This document shows positions 45,930-55,066 of a stretch of DNA of 57,800 nucleotides, piece by piece. Each line of letters begins with the position of its first letter. Position 1 is the first letter of the stretch. Location: IMG/VR virus record IMGVR_UViG_3300050116_000283, positions 1 through 57,800 of that record. One strand, given 5' to 3'. The DNA is from a virus. Lineage: Duplodnaviria; Caudoviricetes. Made by a program: the position numbers and the translations under genes. The notes beneath the pieces are model-generated. The model was not told the origin of the DNA. It saw nothing but the letters and a program-made list of their open reading frames with translations, and did not search any database.

Positions 45930-48118
45930 TGCCGTGCCTCCGGGTGGAGCAGGAAGGAGAGAAACGTGTTTCTCCGGTCCACCTGGCGTTTGGCGGCGCA
46001 GTTGTCGATGCCCCACCGGTCCCCGAGAAGAATCACGGAGTCCTTCGCGCGCGTCACCGCGGTGTACAGCAGATTTCGGTGGTGCATGAAGGAATGCGAC
46101 TTGTGGGCGATCACGACCGCGCAGGGAAATTCTGATCCCTGAACTTTGTGGATCGACGTCGCGTAGGCCAACTGGATATTGCCGAGCGCATCGCTGCCGC
46201 TCTTGATCTCTACCCGCCGGCCATCGAAATCGATGGAAAGACTGCCGTCCGGCGTGGCGTCAACCACGACGCCCATCGCGCCGTTCATGACGCCCAATTC
46301 GTAGTCGTTCTTCGTCTGGATCACCTTGTCGCCCGGATATGGCCGCGCGCGGTGGCCAGCCTCGACGGTAGGCACATCCACCCCGAACAACTTCTGCTGC
46401 AAGAGGCGCTGCAACTCGATATTCAACTCCACTGTGCCGAGCGGGCCTTTGTGCGTCGGCGTGAGCACCTGAACTTCACGAATCAGGTCGTAGCCGAGCC
46501 GCTCCTGCAGCACTTCTTCGAAGAGGAGCAGTAGCATTCGGCGAACATCGTCGCGGTCTGCGAACTTATCGATGACGTACCAGGGCCGGCGCGCGCCGCC
46601 GAACGAATCCGAGGTAGGTCGAACCTCGCCGTTGAGGATGGCTGTGGAGTTCTCTTTCAGAACACCGGCCTGGCGGATGATCCGGGTGAGCACCGTGGTC
46701 GGGATCGCCATGGACCGCACAAGGTCTCGCAGGAGGTTACCCGGGCCCACCGGCGGCAACTGGTTGTGATCCCCGACAAGAACCACGGCGGTGCGCATGC
46801 GATCCACCGCCTGGAACAACCGCCAGGCGAGGGCGATATCCACCATCGAGACTTCGTCCACGACGAGAATGTCCGCGTCAATCGGGTTCAGCGCGTCCCG
46901 CGAATAAGTGTTGCCGTTGAAGCCCAACAGGCGATGAATGGTACTTGCCTCATGGCCAACTACTTCCTCGAGGCGTTTTGCAGCCTTTCCAGTGGGCGCT
47001 GCGAGCACGATCTTTAACTCCAATCGTTCGGCGACGCTGGCGATGGTCGATACCGCGTATGTCTTGCCGCTACCGGCGCCGCCGGTCATGAGCGAGATGG
47101 AAAAGTTGAGGGCGTTCCTGACTGCATCGCGTTGCTCGGGATTCAATTCGCCGCCCTCAGCATCGAGAAGATCCTCTACCTCGGTGACAGCGTGCGGGCT
47201 GCGCTGACCGGCGGTCTTCAGGATTTCGGCGATATCTGTTTCCATCCGGAGAATCTCCGGATCGGCAACTACCAACCGCTCGAACGGCTGCGAGACAAGC
47301 CGCCCCTCGGCAATCAGAGCTTCGAGATGCTCTTCAATCACGTGACGGCTGTCGAGTGTGTCCATCACCAGGAGCGTGTTGGCGCGGTCAAGCAAGTCTT
47401 CGTACTCGACCCAGCAGTCCCCGTCATCGAGGGCGGCCAGCACGCAGTAATGGAGCCCGGCGCGAAGCCGCGAGGGAAGGTCCTTGGGCGTTCCCATCTT
47501 GCGGGCGATCTTGTCGACGCGCTTGAAGCCGTAGCCGGTGATTTCCCGCATCAGCACATAGGGATCGTTCTCCAGGATCGGCACGACCTGGCTGCCGAAT
47601 TTGCCCACCAGCGTCGTCACCTGGTGATGGGTGAGCCCGAAGCGGGACAGGTAGGTCATGGCGGCGTTGAAGTCGCTGTTGGCAATCCAGATACGTTGGA
47701 GATCCAGGATCGCCTCCACCGGCGCCTTCGCGATTGTGGCCACGGTCTCGGGCTGACTGCGGATCGCCGTGTCGAAGCGCGCGCCGAAATGGTCGGCGAT
47801 CAGCCGGGCTTTGACCGGTCCGATCCCTTTCACGTCCGGGTGATTCGCCAGGAAGTTTGCCAGCCCATCCGCGTCCATCTCCTGATCGAAGCCCATGCAA
47901 TCGGCCGCGAACTGCCGTCCGTACTTCGGATGGTGGGTCCAATGGCCTTCCAGACGAACAGAATCATTCTCCCTGGCGAACACCTTGCCGGCAAACGTAA
48001 TGAGATTACCGTCCGATGTCCGGAGGCGCCCGGCGCTGAACGCCGGGCCAGAATAGAAGACCATTTCCACGATGCCGCGGAGAGAACATCGGACCTCTGA
48101 GGTTGCCGCCTTCGTCAT
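45926..48118 (-). CDS. recD2: RecD2-family SF1B helicase
   Basis: HPKYGRQF, KGIGP HhH, GGAGSGKT, APTGKAAKRL, VDEVSMVD, GDHNQLPPVGPG, AYATSIHKVQGSEF, LYTAVTRA. Confidence 0.94.
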   Translation of the reverse strand: MTKAATSEVRCSLRGIVEMVFYSGPAFSAGRLRTSDGNLITFAGKVFARENDSVRLEGHWTHHPKYGRQFAADCMGFDQEMDADGLANFLANHPDVKGIGPVKARLIADHFGARFDTAIRSQPETVATIAKAPVEAILDLQRIWIANSDFNAAMTYLSRFGLTHHQVTTLVGKFGSQVVPILENDPYVLMREITGYGFKRVDKIARKMGTPKDLPSRLRAGLHYCVLAALDDGDCWVEYEDLLDRANTLLVMDTLDSRHVIEEHLEALIAEGRLVSQPFERLVVADPEILRMETDIAEILKTAGQRSPHAVTEVEDLLDAEGGELNPEQRDAVRNALNFSISLMTGGAGSGKTYAVSTIASVAERLELKIVLAAPTGKAAKRLEEVVGHEASTIHRLLGFNGNTYSRDALNPIDADILVVDEVSMVDIALAWRLFQAVDRMRTAVVLVGDHNQLPPVGPGNLLRDLVRSMAIPTTVLTRIIRQAGVLKENSTAILNGEVRPTSDSFGGARRPWYVIDKFADRDDVRRMLLLLFEEVLQERLGYDLIREVQVLTPTHKGPLGTVELNIELQRLLQQKLFGVDVPTVEAGHRARPYPGDKVIQTKNDYELGVMNGAMGVVVDATPDGSLSIDFDGRRVEIKSGSDALGNIQLAYATSIHKVQGSEFPCAVVIAHKSHSFMHHRNLLYTAVTRAKDSVILLGDRWGIDNCAAKRQVDRRNTFLSFLLHPEARQ

Positions 48119-48579
48119 GCTTTCCACCTCGCGTGAGCGCCGAGCAGATAGGCCTGCACAAACTGACAGGCCGCCTGACGGCTGGAACAGAAAAACACCG
48201 GGATGCGGTAGTCGAGTGTGATGGAGAGGGCGCTGCCGAGCACGGCGTTCGGATGGGCGCCACCCCGGTAGCGTCCTTGCAGAACTTCCAGAAGGCCTGC
48301 CTCTACTACCACGCAGGCAGCGCGGTAGGCAGCCAGCTTGCAGAGTTCGCGCCGGAAGCGGGCTCTCTGGTGAATGACGGTGGAGACAAAATCGTCGAGC
48401 GTTTTCCGTTCCACGGCAACCACCGCCTCCAGGCCCGCGACCGAGTAATCCCCGGCTGGCAGGGCGCGGCGTTCCACCACCACCAGCCGGGAATCGAATG
48501 AAAACGCCTCCTGCTCCCTTGTGTCGGCGATGAGCGTGACCAGCGCCGGGCTAGAACGGGACAAGCGCGTCCCCCGCAT
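48115..48579 (-). CDS. Stand-alone ERCC4 (XPF/Mus81-like) nuclease
   Basis: DTREQ, LPAGDYS, VERKTLDD motifs; start may be TTG 48564. Confidence 0.88.
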   Translation of the reverse strand: MRGTRLSRSSPALVTLIADTREQEAFSFDSRLVVVERRALPAGDYSVAGLEAVVAVERKTLDDFVSTVIHQRARFRRELCKLAAYRAACVVVEAGLLEVLQGRYRGGAHPNAVLGSALSITLDYRIPVFFCSSRQAACQFVQAYLLGAHARWKA

Positions 48580-49009
48580 CCTGCCGGAACTTGCTTGGTG
48601 TCCGGTCGTTTACGATGCGGCTATTGAAGTAGATGTTCTCGTTGTCGCCCTTGGTCTTCTTGGTGACCTCCAGCTTCACGTCGAGCAGCTTGCTCAGATT
48701 CCGGGGCAAGTCCGACAGTTTCTCCAGGTCCAGACCGCAGATGTGCAGGTCGGTCTTCACGAACTTCAACGTGTTCGGGGTGAAGACGCTGTTGCGCCAC
48801 ATGAGGCGGTTGACGTGGCGCGGCGCCAGGACACGGAGTGTCCACTTCAGCATCGGGTTACCGGTGGTGTGCGCTTCGGTGATCTCCACCTTCTCCACAA
48901 CAACCTGATACTTGCCGTCGGGAACGCTCTCCCTGTCCGAAAGCTCCGCCGGAGTTTCACTCCGGAAGTCGTCGTCAAACTGAGTCAAATCGATCGAATT
49001 GTTAGCCAT
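48551..49009 (-). CDS. DUF669-like single-strand DNA-binding protein
   Basis: VPDGKY.V.VEKVE..GNPMLKWTL; C-terminal VPF; next to the Sak4-like ATPase. Confidence 0.8.
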   Translation of the reverse strand: MANNSIDLTQFDDDFRSETPAELSDRESVPDGKYQVVVEKVEITEAHTTGNPMLKWTLRVLAPRHVNRLMWRNSVFTPNTLKFVKTDLHICGLDLEKLSDLPRNLSKLLDVKLEVTKKTKGDNENIYFNSRIVNDRTPSKFRQDAGDALVPF

Positions 49010-49033
49010 GTGCTGTTCTCCTGGTGTGATGAA

Positions 49034-49798
49034 TTACTGCTTTGCTGGTGCCTGAGCCGGACGGCTGGGCTCCACAGCCTTGACCGTGGGTGCCGCCACC
49101 GTCGCCGCGTTGTAGGACTCCCTGAACTTGCCGAAGTCGAGTTCCAGCGTCTCGGGCAGCCGGCCCGTACGGTCGCCGGCCTCGTAGTAAAGGCTCGGCT
49201 TGGTACGGATCACGCGCCGCATGCTCTGCTCGCCGTTGTCGCCCGCGACGACTTCGAGATCGCAGAACAGCACCATGTCGGCCATCCCGAGCACAATCTT
49301 GCGGGCCTTGTCCGGCAGCGTTGGCACCACCCGCGTGTACTTGCCGGTGCGCGAGTCCACCTCCATCTCCTTGGCGTGCGAGATAAGGAACAGCCCGTAG
49401 GGCAGGAAGGCGAGCTTGGTGAGGACGCGCTGGAACTCGTTATTGACCAGCGCATAGCCCTTGCCGTAGCCAAGATCGGATTCGTGCTCCACCTTGAACT
49501 TTGCCAGGATGTATTCGGTGCAGAACTTGTAGGCGTTGTCGATCGTATCCAGAATCACCGTCTTGAACGGGTGATTGCCTTCGACGATTTCGGCGCATGC
49601 CTTGCGCAGATCCTCCCAGGACTGAATGGGCACCTGATAAACATCCAGGGCGTTGAGTCCGGGCTCGGTGGCCAGGAAGAGCGCACCATCGGCTTGCGAG
49701 CAGAGGGTCGTCTTCCCGATTTTCGTTTGCCCATACACCAGCACGGTGAGATCAGCGAGGTCGGGCTTGGGTTGAGTTTTCGTTGTCGGTAACGGCAT
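49034..49798 (-). CDS. AAA_24/Sak4-like ATPase (recombinase)
   Basis: LVYGQTKIGKTT, ATEPG, FKTVILDT, GYGKGY, LISH, AGDR. Confidence 0.85.
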   Translation of the reverse strand: MPLPTTKTQPKPDLADLTVLVYGQTKIGKTTLCSQADGALFLATEPGLNALDVYQVPIQSWEDLRKACAEIVEGNHPFKTVILDTIDNAYKFCTEYILAKFKVEHESDLGYGKGYALVNNEFQRVLTKLAFLPYGLFLISHAKEMEVDSRTGKYTRVVPTLPDKARKIVLGMADMVLFCDLEVVAGDNGEQSMRRVIRTKPSLYYEAGDRTGRLPETLELDFGKFRESYNAATVAAPTVKAVEPSRPAQAPAKQ

Positions 49799-49815
49799 GG
49801 TTGCGTAGTCTCCTT

Positions 49816-50835
49816 TTAGAAAGTGGTCTCGGTGGGATCGTTGGGCAGCACCCGCAACTCCTCGTTGGGCGCCACCCGTTGGTAGAAGTTCTCGATGACG
49901 TTGGGATTACCGTTCGAGCGGCACAGCGCGAAGTACGCGCACGGCCTGTGAAAGTTGAAGCAGAAGCCGGTGTTCTGATAGAAGACGCCGCGGCGGCGCG
50001 CGTCGAGGAATGCCTGGGTGAGTTCCCAGAGTTCGCTGCGCAGAATGTCGAAGCGGTCTCGGGAGAGGTAAAGCATTTCCCGGTGGAGCATGGCCGGATC
50101 GGTGTACTTTTCCGCCAAGCGCTCCTGGAATTCCTCATCCGTTTCCGGCAGCTTCCGCTTGGCGGTGGTCTTGCCCGTCTTCGACTTCGCCAGCAGCTCC
50201 GCGCGGCGCATCTCGTACTCTTCCTCCGTCTCGCCCTTACTCTGCTGGAGCTTCGCTTTGACGAGGATGTTGTAGAGGATGCCGGTGATGGTGATGCCCA
50301 TCGCCTGTTCCACGTAATAGGCGTAGATGGTGATCTGGAAGTCCGTCCACAGCCGCTCCAGATAATCGGCGTCGAGTTGCGCGGCGGTCTTGTGCTCCAG
50401 GAGGAAGTAGTCGTCCCCGATGCGCACGATGCCGTCGACCTTGCCGGCGAGGACGAAGCTGCGGGATGCCGCGCCGGTGGCCGGATTGACGATCGGACCT
50501 TGGAACGTCTTCTCCAGCGCCACCACTTCGAACTCTTCCGCCGCATACCGCGCCGCGTAGGCCTTCATCATTGCTGTGGCGTTGTGCCAGTCCCGGCGTT
50601 GGCCTTCGTCATACAGCCGGTTAGGGCAGAGAGTTCCGATGAAATCCAGCACGCGCCCGAGGTCGCGGCACTGCTGCCACAGCTCAAGGCACTGGTGGAA
50701 GAGGGTGCCGAAGTGGAGGTTCCCATCGCGCTCCAGACCGACCAATTGCTGGATGTAACGCCAGTCCACCGCTTTCCGGCAATTCCGAAAGAGCGACCAC
50801 ATGCTGTAGGTGGAGGTCATGAGCTGGGCGCTCAT
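49816..50835 (-). CDS. PD-(D/E)XK exonuclease (AddB/Cas4-like)
   Basis: FGTLFH, LAGKVDG..LEHKT, Q..IY; Cys at the N-terminus plus C..C..C at the C-terminus (Fe-S staple pattern). Confidence 0.87.
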   Translation of the reverse strand: MSAQLMTSTYSMWSLFRNCRKAVDWRYIQQLVGLERDGNLHFGTLFHQCLELWQQCRDLGRVLDFIGTLCPNRLYDEGQRRDWHNATAMMKAYAARYAAEEFEVVALEKTFQGPIVNPATGAASRSFVLAGKVDGIVRIGDDYFLLEHKTAAQLDADYLERLWTDFQITIYAYYVEQAMGITITGILYNILVKAKLQQSKGETEEEYEMRRAELLAKSKTGKTTAKRKLPETDEEFQERLAEKYTDPAMLHREMLYLSRDRFDILRSELWELTQAFLDARRRGVFYQNTGFCFNFHRPCAYFALCRSNGNPNVIENFYQRVAPNEELRVLPNDPTETTF

Positions 50836-51350
50836 TGGGCACCTCCAGCGACGAAGTAGCGGGGCCCAATGCCGGCGGCGTCAAGCGCTTCTCGAATCTG
50901 CCGTTTCCGGACCTGGATGATCTGGCGCGAGCAGCCCAGCGCCTCGGCGGTTTCGACCGTGGAGTACCAAAACAGCGCCAGGGCGGTTTCATGGACGGCA
51001 CTGGGCAGCAGGGCGAGCGCTCGTTCAAGGTCAATCCGAAACCGCCCACGAGCTGCCGAACTTGGAGCGGAATCGGCGACCGGGATCTCCTGCTCCCTCC
51101 GGCTGGGTGCCAGGCGGTACCGCTGGATGGACGTCAGTTTCTTGTCCATGACGCGCGAGGCGAATGTCTGGACGGACGCCCTCTCGCTGTCGAACTTCGG
51201 CCAGCGCGCGAGAAATGTCAGGACGAGCTGGCTCTCCACATCCTCCCGCTCGTCAACGCCCAGCCCGCAGCGTCGAACAAAAGCATTCGCCTTCCTCCCG
51301 GCGAGATCCTGGACAACAGGGAGTGCCTGGTCAAGTGTGAGATCAACCAC
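50832..51350 (-). CDS. Sigma-70/ECF-like sigma factor
   Basis: EDVESQL..WPKFDSERASVQTF (region 2), IDLERALALLP..ETAEALGCSR (region 4); GTG start overlapping the upstream stop. Confidence 0.8.
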   Translation of the reverse strand: MVDLTLDQALPVVQDLAGRKANAFVRRCGLGVDEREDVESQLVLTFLARWPKFDSERASVQTFASRVMDKKLTSIQRYRLAPSRREQEIPVADSAPSSAARGRFRIDLERALALLPSAVHETALALFWYSTVETAEALGCSRQIIQVRKRQIREALDAAGIGPRYFVAGGAQ

Positions 51351-51678
51351 GGCGGCCCCCTTCCAGTTCGATTTCCATGGAGAAGGGCAACCCGTGCCGG
51401 ACCTCGAGCTCGCGGATCTCGCCAGCATCGACTTCGCGCACGTAGGCGAAGAACTCGGCGACCTGCGGCCGAAGCTCGGCGTTAGGTTCGGCGGGCTTGC
51501 CTGCGGTGGGCGGGGTCGCGAACTTGACGTCGCGCACCGTGGCGGGCCAGGGTTCAAGCACCAACTCGCCGCCGCGGATCTGCAGGTACTCAAATCTGCC
51601 GAAGCCGAGCCGCTGTATCGCGGCGAGGAAAGTCGACTCGGACGGCAGCATGTCCTGAGTGGTGACCGGCGGCGTCAT
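51343..51678 (-). CDS. Hypothetical phage protein
   Basis: 111 aa; FGRFE.L.IRGGE..IRELEVRHGLP; ATGA-coupled. Confidence 0.72.
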   Translation of the reverse strand: MTPPVTTQDMLPSESTFLAAIQRLGFGRFEYLQIRGGELVLEPWPATVRDVKFATPPTAGKPAEPNAELRPQVAEFFAYVREVDAGEIRELEVRHGLPFSMEIELEGGRRG

Positions 51679-51890
51679 CGCGCCACCTCCTGGGGTAGGT
51701 CGCCCGGAGACTTCTGAGCAACGATCCAGGCATCCACGTCATCCGGGCGATACCGAACCAGCGCGCCGATCTTCACGTACTGCGGGCCTCGCCGTTGGCT
51801 GCGCCATTTGCGAAGCGTCAGCACGCTGATCGAGCACGAATCCGCTACCTCGTGTTCATTAAGGAGTCTTTGTGGTGTGTTGAGCTTCAT
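51675..51890 (-). CDS. AlpA/excisionase-like HTH protein
   Basis: LLNEHEVA..ISVLTLRKWR..GPQYVKIG.LVRY...VDAWI. Confidence 0.9.
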   Translation of the reverse strand: MKLNTPQRLLNEHEVADSCSISVLTLRKWRSQRRGPQYVKIGALVRYRPDDVDAWIVAQKSPGDLPQEVAR

Positions 51891-51966
51891 CTCGATGCTT
51901 GCTGCGGTATGTGTCCCGCAACCTCTGCATCGAGAATGCCCGAGATGGCTTTGTCAAACGATAGGA

Positions 51967-51999
51967 GATACCGAACACTTTCCGAAGAATTTCCGAAAA
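51967..51999 (-). repeat. Three tandem 11-bp repeats (operator-like)
   Basis: Minus strand TTTTCGGAAAT / TCTTCGGAAAG / TGTTCGGTATC just upstream of TTGACA (51957-51952). Confidence 0.7.
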
Positions 52000-52001
52000 G
52001 T

Positions 52002-52916
52002 TCAGCGCCTGCGCGGCGTCTTGATCCCGGCTGGCAATTCGCCCCTCAGCAGCGCCTCGGGCGCCATGCCCATCCTTTCGGCCATGGTCTTGAAGTTGCT
52101 CCGCTGCATCTCGCCGGTATCGAAAAAACTGCGCAGAGTCTGTTCCGTGATCCCCGCCTGAACACTGAACTCGGCTTGATTCAAAACCCGTGCGGCCATG
52201 TAGCTCTTGACTGCGGCGACAGCTTCCAGGCTTCCGGTCGTCCGCTTACGGCGCATTTCGGGCTGCGACAACACCGCACGCTGGCGTCCGTCCTTGAGCC
52301 ACTCCAGCGTCAGCTTGCCGTCAGTGGCAAACGGATAAAGCGGCAGGATCTGCACCGCGCCATCCCGGAACAGCCGCTCGTGTTCTGTTCGTTGTGGAAG
52401 CGCTAATGGTGTAAGCAGTGCGGGGGCGTCGCTGGAGCTTTCAAGTCGTGTCAGCCGACCGAGGACAGCGTCCATTTCGGGCTGCCCAAGCAGCAGATGG
52501 ACCTGCAGACTGCGCCCTGCCACTACTTTCACGCCCACGTGAAGCAGACCGTTGTCCATGGCCTGCGTAGCCGCTATGATTTCGTTTTCCGCACGAAGTT
52601 TGTTGATCAGAGCACCGACCGAAACGGCATACTGCCGGATGTCGTCGTCGGTGAGACGAACAGGATTGCAGTAGTCGTCAGCGGCGGCAACGCCGTAGAT
52701 GGTTCCGCCCACGCGCCGTACCAGCAGGGGTCCGCCGGCACCGAGCCGCGGCGGTCGCCCGATCTCATCCGCTGCGGCGGTCTCCTTGAACACCCCTTCT
52801 TCGAGCAGACGGGCAACATCAGCGGCGGGGAATTGGGCCAGTTCAGCGGCGAGTACGACCGGCGCCTCGTCCGCAGCCAGCAAGCGTAAAACGTACTGGA
52901 GCGGACTTTCAGGCAC
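52002..52916 (-). CDS. Hypothetical protein with C-terminal XRE-like HTH
   Basis: C-terminal LNQAEFSVQAGITEQTLRSF..MAERMG; overlaps the upstream gene by 8 nt. Confidence 0.68.
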   Translation of the reverse strand: MPESPLQYVLRLLAADEAPVVLAAELAQFPAADVARLLEEGVFKETAAADEIGRPPRLGAGGPLLVRRVGGTIYGVAAADDYCNPVRLTDDDIRQYAVSVGALINKLRAENEIIAATQAMDNGLLHVGVKVVAGRSLQVHLLLGQPEMDAVLGRLTRLESSSDAPALLTPLALPQRTEHERLFRDGAVQILPLYPFATDGKLTLEWLKDGRQRAVLSQPEMRRKRTTGSLEAVAAVKSYMAARVLNQAEFSVQAGITEQTLRSFFDTGEMQRSNFKTMAERMGMAPEALLRGELPAGIKTPRRR

Positions 52917-54030
52917 TGAGGATCTTCCACCGCCGCAGGTAGCGGAAGATGTCCTCGGCGTGGGTGGCGCGCTTGAACGAGATTTTGTTGGTCCCGCTAA
53001 TCTCTACGCGCTTTCCGCGACCGTCGTCCGGGAACCCGATTTTGAGGACTGCCTTCTGAATCGTTGCGCCCGCAAGGCGCTTGCGAAGGTAATTCAGCTG
53101 CAACGTGTCCAGAACATCCTTGGACCGGACAACGAAGGCGGGCGCGTGTTTCTGCTTCAGTTTGAAGTGGAGTTCAACCAGGGCTGCCGAGTCTCCGTCG
53201 TCGACATCCAGTGCGAAATCTTCACAGGCAATGACGCCGAGCGTGAACTTCTGGGCGGATTCCGGCTTCTCGAATAGCTCGGCATCGCCGAAGTAGCATT
53301 CGGCGAAACTCGTGCGGAGTGCGCTCTCCTCTTTCTCGAAGCGTGCTTCGATCTCCACCTGGCCGGTCTCGTTGTTGTAGCTGATGAAGTCCTGCTGTGC
53401 CGGGCGAAAGACAGTGGGGGATACCTTCGGCTTGACGCGGGACCCTTGGAAAACCAGCATCGCCTGCGTGCGCTTCTCGTGATAGACGATGATGTTCGTG
53501 TACGCGCCTTCCTGATACTGTCGCACCAGCACGCGGTCGCTGTTCTTGTCGTCCTTAAAGAGCGCCGATAGCTTCTGCTGGAATTGGTCGGTGGCGGCGG
53601 GAACATCCGCGATGGTTAACCCGGCCTCGCCCTGGAAAACGGAAAACCTCTCCGCTTGGTGGAGCGCGCAACGGTCGTACGCCAGGTTGAAGGCGTCCTC
53701 GTTCTCAGCGCGGACCTTCAGGCTCAGGCACTCGACGGGCAGTTTTCCCTCGGGATCGGGTTCGTACTTGTGGTCCCCGCAGGCGGCAATCAGGTCTTCG
53801 TGGCCGCGCTCATTGGAGAGGTCATACGCACGATAGAGGCCCTCCATGAACTGGTCCTTCTGCTCGCCGTCGCCATTGAGGATGAAATCCTTGAATGCTG
53901 GCACGTCCAACGACGTGGCGTCGGCCTGGAGACCATCGCCCCAGATGCCCATGTACAAATGCAGCACGCCCTCATGGCCCTGGAACTTGTCCAGGAAACG
54001 ATCTGCGTTGAACGCCCTATGCTTCACCAT
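52909..54030 (-). CDS. Hypothetical protein (373 aa)
   Basis: Long, normally biased ORF coupled to 52002..52916; VFRP.QQDFISYN..G.VEI. Confidence 0.75.
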   Translation of the reverse strand: MVKHRAFNADRFLDKFQGHEGVLHLYMGIWGDGLQADATSLDVPAFKDFILNGDGEQKDQFMEGLYRAYDLSNERGHEDLIAACGDHKYEPDPEGKLPVECLSLKVRAENEDAFNLAYDRCALHQAERFSVFQGEAGLTIADVPAATDQFQQKLSALFKDDKNSDRVLVRQYQEGAYTNIIVYHEKRTQAMLVFQGSRVKPKVSPTVFRPAQQDFISYNNETGQVEIEARFEKEESALRTSFAECYFGDAELFEKPESAQKFTLGVIACEDFALDVDDGDSAALVELHFKLKQKHAPAFVVRSKDVLDTLQLNYLRKRLAGATIQKAVLKIGFPDDGRGKRVEISGTNKISFKRATHAEDIFRYLRRWKILSA

Positions 54031-54048
54031 ATTCGTGCCGGTGCCTCT

Positions 54049-54930
54049 TTACTCTGTTGCCCGCCCTTCAGCGCTCGCCACGCCGGGTTGAGCCAGGCCG
54101 CTCGGCGAAGGCAGTGCCTTCTCGGAACCGGCCAGCCGTTTGGGCTTCTTCGCTGACACTAGTTTCTTGATGGAGGGTTCCGCCGGCAGGTTCTCGGGCA
54201 CCACTCCGCCCAGTTGCCGGATGGTCGCTCGTACCGCCTCTCCGACCTGGCGGTGCGTGTGGATGGCGTGAGACTCTCCATTCACTTTCTCCCGGCGCAA
54301 CTTGTCTTCCGCCTGCGTGATCCGGAACTCGTTCGCCGCCAACTCGACTCGGCCGGCGCGGTCCAGCAGGTCGTCTTTCGGGGAGATGCCCTTCCGGGAT
54401 TTGATCTCCTTGACGCCCATCCCATACAGTCCGCGGTAGCCGGCGTCGTGGAATAGACCATAGTTCTGCACTCCCGCGTCCTTGGCCGCCGAAGTCAGGC
54501 TCCGGTTGGCTTCCTTCACCCGCTGGCGCATCTCCACCCGCCGCAGCTCGGGGTTCTGATCCCGGATCTCCTGACGGCGGGTCTGCACCGCGAAGTACGT
54601 TTGGGCGAGCCCCACCTCCGCCTTGCGGGGATCACCGTTCATCGCGATCAGGTAGCAGGCATAACGGGAAAGAAATATGTCGTTTCTCTGGACTTCCGCT
54701 CCCTTTCCGGCCGCAATCCCCTTCGTGACCTCATGAAACTGATCACCTGCGTCCACTCCGGCACTTTCGCATGCCATCTTTGCCTTCTCTATCACGTTCG
54801 CGAAGTTTTCCCAACTGGTATACCCTAGCAGCGGTTGAAGATCACGCCCCATCCAATACGCAACCCCGTTGGGAGAAACCCGTTTGCATGCCTCCAATTG
54901 ATTGACTAGAAGCGGTCTGAGTTGATCCAA
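54049..54930 (-). CDS. dinD: DNA-damage-inducible protein D (BRO-N + DinD)
   Basis: W.GRDLQPLLGY..WENF, LSRYACYLIAMNGDPRK, AQTYFAVQTRRQE, F.DAGYRGLYG, ELAANEFRITQ; TTG start 54930 with GGAGG. Confidence 0.9.
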   Translation of the reverse strand: MDQLRPLLVNQLEACKRVSPNGVAYWMGRDLQPLLGYTSWENFANVIEKAKMACESAGVDAGDQFHEVTKGIAAGKGAEVQRNDIFLSRYACYLIAMNGDPRKAEVGLAQTYFAVQTRRQEIRDQNPELRRVEMRQRVKEANRSLTSAAKDAGVQNYGLFHDAGYRGLYGMGVKEIKSRKGISPKDDLLDRAGRVELAANEFRITQAEDKLRREKVNGESHAIHTHRQVGEAVRATIRQLGGVVPENLPAEPSIKKLVSAKKPKRLAGSEKALPSPSGLAQPGVASAEGRATE

Positions 54931-55014
54931 GAGAAACCTCCTTCCCCAGAGGTTAACAGACGGAGAGGCCACGCACAATATCTATTTTCCATCTTGCGCA
55001 GTCTTTTCCATTTA

Positions 55015-55044
55015 TTGACTTCCAGCCCTTGCTGGCCATATACT
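55015..55044 (+). promoter_or_regulatory. Sigma70 promoter with operator-like palindrome in the spacer
   Basis: TTGACT-18 nt-TATACT; CCAGC-CCTT-GCTGG at 55022-55035. Confidence 0.6.
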
Positions 55045-55066
55045 GGTTCTTCCCGAAGGCCAATCA

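Noticed and set aside
49816-50835. cas4 / CRISPR adaptation locus
   Set aside because: No cas1/cas2 or array; context is a phage recombination operon
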